NCBI GenBank assembly: GCA_030141605.1
Contig: JAQGDQ010000179.1
Location: 186,001 to 250,000, forward strand
Direction of reading: 5' to 3'
DNA length: 64,000 bases
Source: Tubiluchus corallicola
Taxonomy: Eukaryota > Animalia > Priapulida
Shown here: piece by piece, positions 53,177-64,000 of the stretch
Numbering within the stretch: position 1 is the stretch's first letter
Layout of the letters: each line of letters starts with the position of its first letter
Notes under the pieces: generated by a model
What the model saw: the letters and a program-made list of their open reading frames with translations, nothing else
The model's database searches: none
What the model was told of the DNA's origin: nothing
Made by a program: the position numbers and the translations under genes

Positions 53177-54559
53177 CTTGAGGCTATGTTTAAAGCTGCT
53201 AACAAATGGAGCCTCTCTCGGTAGGTTACTATTACATAATACAAATCCTTTGGTTCGTTGGATTGGGTGCTGTGGGTGAAATCCTGATCATTTTCCCAGG
53301 CCCTTATATACTTTTGAACAAATTGAAAACTTATAAATATGGGAAATAACTTTGCAAAATGAAGAGACGACGTACAAACAAAAGCAGAAAATAAAGTAAA
53401 ATGTCGAGAAATAAACTAGTAGAAAGGGAAAACAAAGAAATGGAAGGAAGAGCAAGAAGAGCAGAAGAAAGGAAACTCCACGACAAGCAAAAGATAATAT
53501 AGCGCCTATAGGTCAACGATATAAAGAAACTTCTTTCTTTAAAAAGTTGCAATCTAATTTTCTTAAACGCAAAATACCTGCAATATTATCAAGTTTCAAT
53601 TTTATTTTAATTTATTCCACAAAATTAAACTGTTCCCACATTTGAGAAAAATATTCCACATTCGCAATTATATAAAAATAAATGTGTAATACATACGTAG
53701 TTGATATTACGAAATTACACATGGCGCTGTAGAACTTTCAGTATTATCGTAACTCATTAAGGGTACATAGAATGCTCAACTAGTAATGTCAGTATAACAA
53801 ATAAAACTTTATTATCTTCACTAATCTAAAAACGTCTTGCGTAACACCGGTTCTGAAGTTGAGCTCTTTTAATGGACGTAAACACGTGTGTAGCTGCCCT
53901 GAATCTACTACATAACAGCTTGTTCTAGCACATGATAAATCTGCGTAACTCACCCTCTTGGCGAGTGAACTTTCATTTGAGTCCGTCGCTCACATCTTGC
54001 ATCCGTCATATGAAAGACCGATGAAATATTGTCCAGTTACACGTCAAAGGCTTACCCCCTGTTTTGTATGCCCTTCAGTATTTAAAATAAGAGGTTCCTC
54101 GCACCAAATTCTTTATTAAGTTAATGATTTCATTCTTTCTGTAAGCATTTAGTACTCCGCACTTCACACGCAATTATACGATTGTGGCAGGTTGTATGTC
54201 ATGGCAAAGAACCTAACAAAGGTTCTAGTTAATTAGGTATTTTCTGATAGTTCTATAGACCTTACTACAATACAACAGTGGAGTCGTCATGGCTTGTGCT
54301 TAGTGAATTAAATTGGTGGGATATCGGAAGAAATCTTTCCTGGATGGTTTCACATCATGTAGTACCTATGTCTATTTCTACTTGAAATAATTTTATATGC
54401 AGTCTTGGTTAATGTTTTACTGCATTGTGCTTCCACCTTTCGGTGGGTCCTATAATCAATGTGATTATACTTACCGCTTGTAAACAATTTTCAGCAAGCA
54501 AATTACAAAAATATCTATGTATTTACGTAGAATAATTGCAATAACCAGTTGATTTGTTT

Positions 54560-55800
54560 AAATTCAAAACTAATAATTTCCTATTACAATAGCCGAGGAT
54601 TCGCAGCTAATAAGCATAACTATATAAAGGGTTTATTAAACGAATGCGTCATTTTATTGTTGCAAAAACACTGGCAGTTCGAAAATCAATTTGACAAGCT
54701 TTATCCCATGTCCAATAAAATTCGAGTGCCCTACAGCCACAGTATCGGGGATTCAAAATCGAGAAATCGTCCGAAAGGCCTTATGACGATGTCGCCATCT
54801 TCTGGCGAAAATCTCTAAGTGAATCAATTTTCCTTATTGAATGCATCTCTGGTAGACTTGTATCTATTAAAGTCTAAACAAAAGAATTACAGATGCTATT
54901 AATGAACGCGTATTAATGAATACCTTGTAATTCACAAATCACACATTATGCAATGTAACTAATATTTCACTTAATATTAAAATTATAGAATTATTAAAAA
55001 TGAAAAAGACTATGAAGCCCATAACTGGCTATACTAAAGTGCTTGATGGCGTTCATTCCTTGACATCAAATAACAACTCCATTGAAATAATTTTAGGTGG
55101 CGACTTGAATACAAATGTAGGGTAAAGTCACGGCGCACAGTGTCTATTTGTCTACGTTTATGGCAGCAAATGGACTCTTAAATACAAAAGATCGCTCTGT
55201 GGCATACAATGACTGCACGTATATGAACTCAGTACCCTGAACACTAACTGTATAGACCATTTCCTTATAACAAGCGTTTAGTATCGAGGCTGCTTCGTTT
55301 GGGCCATAATGGAGACAATCTGTCCGGTCATTCTCACATGAACTTGCTTTTAGATGCACAAACATGTAAATCACTACTGTACTTAGTTCAAAAGCCCTTA
55401 TGGTACAAAGTGCTTCACACATATATAACTATCAAGAGCAGCTTAATAATAATCTACGACCTGCGTGTCTCTCTGATCGCTGTTGTGCCATAGCAAACAA
55501 TAGCACCAGCATTGATGACACTGATGTGAACATCTCGAAAATACTTTAATGACATTGTTAATTGCTATGTATCGGCAAATGACATGTATCCCTCGTGTTA
55601 TGTGTCAAGAGAAACACAGCTGGCTGGATTGACTACGTGAAACTGAAACCATCAAAGGATACTGCAGTGTTATGGAAGCCAGTTTTGGATTCATGCGGAC
55701 GCCCGCGAGAAGAAATCGTTGCTCAAATCATGGGCAGTACCAGGACGAAATATCACTATAAGCTAAGTGTCACACATCATGAGAACAAAATCACGAACAG
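54560..55800 (+). mobile_element. Decayed LINE ORF2 fragment (APE endonuclease region)
   Basis: Broken frames give SYYNSRGF, ILLLQKHW (QEHW-like), IILGGDLNT, SGH (SDH-like), and GWIDYVK...LWK...CGRPR...TRTKYHY; many stops and frameshifts. Confidence 0.75.
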
Positions 55801-55861
55801 CAGTAATTAAAAGACTGAAACCAAAAAAGCGACGGTTCTACAGCAAAGCTTTTACAATCTT

Positions 55862-55995
<134 letters not shown>

Positions 55996-57679
55996 ACCCC
56001 TTCCCCTCACACTCCCTTTCTTTCCCTCGCTCCCTCTTTCCCTCTCACTGACACTCTCTCCCTCTTCGACTCTCTTTATCTCCTTCGCTCGGTCCGTCTC
56101 TTCCTTTCTGCTTCTATCCTGTCTCTCTCTCTACATTTCGCAATTTCCAGTTCGTTTTGCAAATTACTGTAAGCCCAAATGAGTGCACCCAATTATCTAG
56201 AAAAGCAATACTTATGTTTCAGCATTTTGGCAAAAATTTACACAAACGATACTTAATCCGGCTTTTCAAGTGAGAAATTTTTTCTACGTGTTAATAATAT
56301 AAAAACTTTCCCTTAAGATTATCATTAAAAATTTGTATTCTTTCTGATTTTTCTTTTTTATTCTTTCACTTTCTGGTAAAACATATTGAAAGTTTGATAC
56401 CTGTTTTCTTAAAATTTAATGTGGGTTTTTCATTAATTGCCAATAAGAACTAAATATGCTGGCTCGGTTTCAGAGGTTTGCTTAATTAAAGATTAGGCCT
56501 TGCTTTCTCACTTGTAAACAAAGATTTAAAAGCCGCGGTTGCGCATAGAATTCTGCCGACGCACCTAAATCTATGCTTGTAAGCCATTCATGTGCCTTGA
56601 AACTTGTGCTTGAAAATGGGCTAATAAATTAGGATTCACTCTATGTTATGACTTCATAAGTTTTCGCTTTAATAAGTCTGCAGCAACTAAGTCCTTGGTT
56701 ACCCGACATTTTAATCAGTAGGAGAAAGTTTTGTTATAGCAATTTTATGAAAGCCCAACAGACCCTTTCAATGTGATATGCACTGTATCTTAGTTATAAT
56801 TCTAACAAAGATTTAAAAGTCAGTTTAATCTGAATATTAATGTGAATTTATTTTGTCCCATGTTTGACCAGTTAGAGCTATAAAATGGAAACAAGCAAAA
56901 TTCGGTTTACAGAAGATATTTAAAATTTTATTTACATAACAAAATGTATATAGCTACCAAAACCTTCAATTAACATCACGCTTTATATAAAAATTACAGA
57001 CAGAGTTCTCTGAACTTACATAATAGTATTAACACAGTTCACATTAATACATTAATGTAACAACACTTTATTTATAAAGATGAAAAAATGGGAAATAATA
57101 AAATAATTTGAAACGAATTTAATCTCCCAAAGGTGGACGGTTATCAGTGCATAATATTTCCATGCCAGAAGCAAAGTAACTAGATTTAACACGCTTTTAA
57201 ACTTATTGTAATAATCTCTTCTTCGTTCTCCTTCCCTTCAACATGTGAAATTTTAAACTTCGACACATTAAATCAAATTTATCAGTTACTCAAACTGGTT
57301 TATCACGGTACTCAAATTTTTCTCGAAATAGCGTTTTATATTTGCTTGGAGTAGGACACCTTTTTGGCCTCTGCTCTCTATAGACTGCAAATTCTTTTAT
57401 TAATGTTTTATCAGTTCTCGGCAAATCCTGCTCACATTCGTTTATAAATCATTTATCATTACGACTTGATTCACGCGATGATTGAAATAAAAGTAACGAC
57501 GGGCGCTCCTTGATTTTAAGCTAAATGTGTTCAACAAATATTGGTTTCTTTGTAATAGAGTTAAACGTGTACATCCACTTGTCGTGAAAACTGTGGTTCT
57601 AGTGCAGAAGAATACTGTAAAATATTCAGACTTCACGTTAAATTGTCCACGTGAAAATTATTGCGTAGTGTTTCTGGAA

Positions 57680-60225
57680 TTAGCCTCTTCTGCCCCCTCT
57701 TCCCCTTCCTCTTCCACCGCCACCTCTTCCTCTTCCACCTCCTCGTCTCCCCCCACCATACCCTCTGCCTCCTCTGCGATAATGTCCTCCTCGTCGCCCG
57801 TATCCTCCCCTTCCGTATCGTCGCCCATATCCACCACGTCCTCTGTATCCTCTTCGACTACGCCCGTAACCTCTTCCACGCCCATACCTTCCATAGCCGC
57901 CGTATCCTCCGTAACCTCCGTAGTAACCTCCATAATATCCCCCGTAACCGCCGTAACCGTAACCGCTGCAAGAAAAGTTATTCCATGCAAATTAATCATA
58001 TTTCGGGAAACACATCCGTACAATTTCTGATTTAAAAATGAAACTTGTTATAAAAAGAAAAAAAAATTGTTAGAAAGCTTAAACATTTTCCTAGCAATCT
58101 TCGTTTAGGTAGTGGTGATGGTGGTGGTGGGGGAGGTGGTGGTGATGGTGGTGGTGGTGCTAGTGCTGGTGATGATGATAGTGATAACAATTACTCACTG
58201 CAAACAAGCCGCCAGTTACTGAAGATTAACGCTTTGGCTATTTATGTTTAATTTGGGGAACATGACAAATTTAATTCTGATACGGTAGCGCCGCTAAATG
58301 ACTTAAGTGAACTGACGGAAGTAACCCTTTTCTCTTGCAGCATTTTAGATCATTTAAAGTAGACTAGGCACGGTGTTAACGTATGACTGCGCCAATCATA
58401 ATAAGAGCAATTACGTAGCCACAAGTAAAGCAACATACGACTACGTTAAGTATTTCATGATTGACACCAGAACGGCAATGTGAGCGTTTCACTAGGACGT
58501 GATGATCTGGGTAAGCATCACAAAAGAGTGAAATTACACTTAAGTCAACAATTTGATCTGTGGGTAATAAAACCTGCGCATTTTAGAATCGTTATTCTTG
58601 ATAATGATTTGCATGGCTATTTCCTTATAAAATATTCTGCCATGCACTAACAAAACCCGCAAATATAGTCTTTTTCCTAACTTCTTAGTCTTAACATAAC
58701 ATTAACTTCTTAACATAAATGCTTTAACCTACCATAACTTATGGTATAAAAATTTCGTTTCTATTATGTTTTGTGCTATAAGAATTGGATGCCGAGAATT
58801 CTAATTTTAGGTCTAATGCAGTATAATTAATTCTAATTAACGTGTTTAATTTCTTATGTTGTAGTGAAAAATGATAGTAACTCTGTTGTTTGCCGTATCC
58901 TTGCCATCAAGCATCTCATTTCAAATGTGGCATTGCCTAATCGGTTATTAACTCCAAATAACCCGTTTCTTCATAGTAATTTGTCTAATGTAGAAATTTT
59001 GTTGAAATTAGATTTTAGAAAACCAGTAGTCAGATTTTATCTAATAAAAATCAGTTTCCGAGATATCATCTCGGCTCAAGGACATTAGTACGACCTTAGA
59101 AAAAACAACAACCTGAGCAGGTAGAATTTAGTGTGCTTTTTGTCTGGTTGATGCAATTTAGCAAAATTGGGTAAAAGCGTTAAAAGGTTATATGCTATAT
59201 TACCAGAGTCCAAAAAAAGAAAATTACAAGTTTCTTGTAAGTGTAAATGTATGTGTTTGTTTTTATACAGCCCGCGGAAATTAAATTCTACATCAGTTTT
59301 TTAATATGTTTACTGATTTAATTTACAATATTCTTGGCTTTTGCCGGTTACACAGTTTTATTTAATAATAAACTTTCTGCGTATACCCGTTTTTACCTCT
59401 CCTTTTTTCAACAATAAATCCACAAATAAGACCCTAAAGTCGATATAAAAGCAGAAAGAATGTTCAGTATGAATTAGTATTTTTGGATTATCAATCTTTA
59501 ATTAAAACAAGTTACCGTTTTAGGAACATGTGGAAAATATAACAACGTTTGATTTACTATCATATAAATATGAGTATTGGAATCGTAAAGCTGACAGCAA
59601 ACAGACTTTGGGATATATTTCAATCTAGTTTGCGAAGAAAAAATGGAAATCAAAGGACTGTCTGTGACTACGCGCTTTTAATCAACGAAGTATTTGCTGC
59701 TTCATTCAAATTTTACCAAAGCACCAGAATGCAAAAAACGACCTTCATCTGCAGTAATTAAAAAATTTGACACGATAAAATGCAACAGATGTAAAAATTA
59801 ATAAAAATTATCAGAATAAGAACATAAACTTACTAGTAGCCTATTCCGCCATAGCCGCCATAGCCGCCATAACCACTATAATATCCGCCTATTCCGTAGT
59901 ACGGATAATAGCCACCATATCCTCCGTATCCGTGATAACAGTCATCATAACCATAACCATAATAATCATTTATTCCACCGTATCCGCAGCCGTAGTAATC
60001 ATCGTAATAATAGCCATAGCCAATAGCCACGGCCTGCAAATAAAATGAAGTTATGAAATGTTACCGTTGACAGCTAAGACAGTCAAGGAGGCAGTTCCAA
60101 AATTCTAAAGTCATCAAACATTCACGTAATTATAACCTCTAAAGACATTTTTCGAGAATACGTTGTACTAAATGTTTACGTACCCACGCTAAAATAAACG
60201 CTGAGAGTAATAGCTTTTCGTTCAT
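57680..60225 (-). CDS. Secreted Gly/Tyr/Arg-rich protein F (~175 aa), paralog of E
   Basis: Exons are 60225-60184 (MNEKLLLSAFILAW), 60033-59834 (AVAIG-YGYYYDDYYGCGYGG...GYYPYYGIGG...) and 57965-57680 (GYGYGGYGGYY...RGRGGYGRRYGRGG...GRGRGRGGRRG*). Phases 0 and 2 as in E; 5'UTR exon donor near 61448. Confidence 0.9.
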
Positions 60226-61565
60226 TTTATTCTGAAACAAAAACACTGTAGTTTTAACAAAATTTGTGCCAGTTCAATGGAAAATTTCGAAATTTAATTA
60301 CCAACAACCGTTGTCTTTAATTGTTAACACTTTAAAGCTAAACTTATCTGAACTTTAACACTTGTAACAAAAATGTGACAAAAGTTGTTTAAAACAAGTT
60401 TAACTCCATATTTTCAAACATACTTTTTAACTTCGAAAAATAGTAAGCTTTGTGAGCAATAGTAAAACACACAGTATGTCTAACTGGCACGTGCGTACTC
60501 GCAACGCGTCCTGGCAGTGATGCACAGAAGGTTATAGCAGAGCCAACAATAACCAGCATGCATTTAATTCAGTTTTTTTATTTGGTTGTAAATAGAATTT
60601 GATATCCAATTGCATGTAAATGTAAACTTTGTAAAACTTGTGGTTAATTAGATGAATTTAATAAGATTGATCGGCTTTATCACCACCATATTGCATTATT
60701 ATATAGAAAACTATTATGAACTCTAAAAGATCACCAAAGTTAAAACGTTTTTCCCTGCAAGCTAGCAACTGAAACTTTACAAGAACAAGCGCTCAAGCTT
60801 GGTGTTTCTCTGCCTGGTTTTTGGTGCCCGAAGTAAATATTTCTATAATGTCAGCGCTGCGACGAAAAAGATCAAATGGCGCATTTCGTCATATGGTGCC
60901 TAACATACACTATTATTAAGAAAGACATCTGATTTACAACCTAGCGTTAGTTTATTAAAGGTGTATTGAAATGTACATACACATAACACTTATTATAGTT
61001 CGTCACTGCATACAAATCAGTTAGTACTACATTATCACCGCATGTAGCATTATAGTGATTTACTGTCAGCCTAATACCACTAATACTCCAAAACGATAAT
61101 TTTTATAGTGTTCAAAAAATGACAAAATAACTGACTGATTAAATGAATAAAAACGAATGAATGAATGAGTGAACGAACAAATGAACGAACGAAAGAACGA
61201 AGAAATGCATACATAAATAAATGACTGAATTTTATACTGATAGATGAATTTGATGATGGATATGCGAACGTATCAAGTGGGTTCACACCATTCTAATGTT
61301 CAAAATGATAAACTGCCTTAGGCCCACCAGTCTAGCGATACTTTTTAAATTTGATTTTTTAATACAAGAACGTACTTAAAAACAGCTACATTTGTTATTG
61401 ATCTCTATCTTAAGAGAACAGACTGAAATAAAAAATAAAGTAGGTTACCTACTAAGCTGGTCTACCTGTGCACACGGTCTATAGCACACCAAACAACAAG
61501 TACAACTTATTGCGTTCCTCAAATGCCAAGTTAAAATTTAGTAAGATTTTGATCAGATGCTTTCT

Positions 61566-61573
61566 TATTTATA
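61566..61573 (-). promoter_or_regulatory. Putative TATA box of gene F
   Basis: TATAAATA on the minus strand upstream of an ATG-less first exon ending in AG|GTAACC. Confidence 0.45.
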
Positions 61574-62919
61574 TGTAATTTGTTCATCTCCGCCGGGCTC
61601 AAATTATGATTTGGGCGTCACTGCATGACCAGCTCAGGGTCGAGGAAGCTATAACCCTTGTGTATCAAGCTTCAGGGACATCATGTTATATAGCTTAGCA
61701 CAGAACGGAAACAAATGGCCATTAATAATAAAAACTGCGTGAGATCATGACAGAGTGGCGTAAAATTTCAGCGACCGAAGCTAAGCAACGTCAAATCTGG
61801 CCGGCAAATGTTGGGTGACAGTCAGGATTGCTTCTGGGTAATTTCATCTGTTATATTGCTTCTTATGTCGTTAAAAGAAGATGTAATGGCATGCAAATGT
61901 GGTTGAGGCGGCACTTCCGGTTCAGTATCTGAGTTAAATTATTATTTTTGATAATTAATGATGTTCTGGTCCTGGCCCAATCATCTACAATAAGTAGGTC
62001 GTTTCACTAAGTGCTGAATTCTAACTTGGGCAATTACATAACAAATTAAAACATAACACTTTCGTGAGCTAACGTGATAACAATGACGATGATAACGGCG
62101 ATTATGACGATGATGATGATGGCGATGACGAAGATGACAGTTATAACGGAAAGAATAATATAATGGTTTTAAGACACGTGAAGAAAGCACCTCTAATACA
62201 TAGATGTGTGTTATTGTGTGGATACTTTAATCCTAAGTGCACAGAGAATGCAATGTGTCGTAATCATCACCACCATGGTCCTTTTCATCGTCATCATCAT
62301 CATCAGCAGCAGCAGCAGCATCGTGACTGTCATGTAAAACACCGCATCCTGTTTAAATATGTACAAAAATAAATATGACGAGCCGCCCTAAGAGGATATC
62401 GTGACACTAAAATATCGTAGGATATGAAAAATGGCAATGTCTGCATGGAACAGACCAAATTATTATGTAATGCTGCAGGCAATTTTTGCCGATTAAAATT
62501 ATTACAAACATTTAGCGCAGGTTGTTTCCATAGATATTTTGCAAGCACACAGAAATGTATCTCTTCATTTTATTAATTTCGTGGTGTTTGTGAAAAAAGA
62601 CCCAGAGTTGCAATCATTTTAAAAGACCAATAGGAAAAGGCGTTAACATGAATTTAAAATTAACTCTTTCCGTCTGCGAGGCAATTTCATGACCTCCGCA
62701 ACTTTGCCGTGTCTTAAGTCACGGCTACTGTCATAATACCTTGACCATTGGAATGCCTCTGTGTTATTACGTACACAATGCATATATATATATATATATC
62801 TGGCGTAAAAAGCAAGCAAATTCCTCACAATCAGTTATTAGTAACCGAGATCTTACAATTAAGTACGCTGGTAGTTATCAAAATGTAAGCACTGCACTGC
62901 TACTGATCTTGTTGGTCAG

Positions 62920-63449
62920 GTATTGAAACAGGGTACGTTAAACGTAGAAAAATCCCGGCTGAGAATCGTATATGCACATATTATTTAGGAAAAGAAATAG
63001 AAGACGAATTGCACTTTGTTATAAAATGCTCATATTACAATGATCTTAGAGGAAAATTATATAATCACATCAATGTAATTATACCAGAATTTTTCTTTAT
63101 GAGCGATGCTGATAATTTTTCATTCTTGATGGGAAGTAATGATTTAGAAGTAATTAAGGCATTTATTGATTATGTTAAAAAGCGTTTTTAAGAACTTGAT
63201 GAACGATATACTATATAGTGACCATATCATTGAAAATGAGGCCAGATGAGTGACAATTTATTTTAAATACTGATCACTAAACTCTTCATTTAAGTAATTA
63301 AAATAACTAACAGGAAGGCTTTACAATGTTTGTTTTATCAATGTGAGTGTTTTGTTTGTCTGCAATGTCACTATTTTTCAAAATTGTTTTTCCTCTTGTA
63401 TTGTATGTAATTTGGACACTAATAAATATGAAATATGAAATATGAAATA
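62920..63449 (+). mobile_element. 5'-truncated LINE 3' end
   Basis: IETG...IPAENRIC...EIEDELHFVIKCSYYNDLR is a decayed C-terminal CCHC-type motif of LINE ORF2; then AATAAA and a (TATGAAA)3 tail. Confidence 0.8.
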
Positions 63450-64000
63450 TATCGGGAAACGCTGAGACAGTTATAGAAAGCAATTACAGTTAATAAAAAT
63501 CATTTATCATATCATAAGAAATCACTCTTGCTTAGAGATTTACAAAAACTTGGGCCCTTGTTATGAAATCCTAGCCAGCTTTTGGTAACCATTTTAGATC
63601 CATGTGTACGTGATACAAAATATGACGCATTTTCGTTATTATTTTGTATTTTAATTGCATATGAAACAAGCATTTAACTTTGATTTTACACAAAACAAAT
63701 TCTATTTAAATGTTGTTTTTAACTTTCACCAATTTGTTGTATTATAACTAGTGTTCTGGCGTTCAGCTAAAATTGCTTGTTACTCGTTAACCGTAGTTTC
63801 ATTATTATCTTAGTTTACTTTAAAATAGTTGGGACATCGCATAAAAATATACATTGCTTGATCATTACAAAATTTGAAAATAAAATGAAGTAGATAAAAT
63901 TAAAACAATAAAGGCATTCTGAGGTATATCTGGTCAATAAAATGGGCTCCTATTACATTCGTGTTTACTTAGCCTGAAATAAGTACTCGTATAAATAAAG

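Noticed and set aside
52936-53279. Cys/Val- or His/Thr-rich ORFs (similarly poly-M/D at 23068-23411, poly-N/I at 41079-41345, LS repeats at 55767-56051)
   Set aside because: All are microsatellite translations.
57658-58035. Glu/Asp-rich and Ser-rich ORFs here and at 49629-50155
   Set aside because: Alternative frames or antisense of the Gly/Tyr/Arg exons; splice phase supports only the Gly-rich frame.
60498-60560. Alternative signal-peptide exon for gene F (MLVIVGSAITFCASL...)
   Set aside because: It ends in phase 1, incompatible with the phase-0 exon at 60033; the 60225-60184 exon fits and mirrors gene E.

Overview
AT-rich, intron-containing genomic DNA from an invertebrate animal (taxon not determinable from this window). 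Most ORF-track entries are spurious or single exons, so I assembled genes by hand from GT-AG sites and exon phase. The window holds the last exon of a RERG/RASL-like small GTPase (+), a six-exon secreted peptidoglycan recognition protein (+), and a convergent PMF1/Nnf1 kinetochore gene (-) carrying a duplicated exon. It then holds a ~40 kb cluster (21.3-61.6 kb) of six genes for secreted low-complexity Tyr/Gly/Arg- or Arg/Asp/Pro-rich proteins, including an inverted near-identical pair. Interspersed are LINE remnants, MITEs, decayed tRNA-derived SINEs and many microsatellites. The most notable observations are the secreted structural-protein cluster, a TSD-flanked non-coding retroposon whose 5' end folds as an HDV-like ribozyme with an L3 insertion, and a recurring GCGGARGA-hairpin-CAACGG RNA module with covarying stems.
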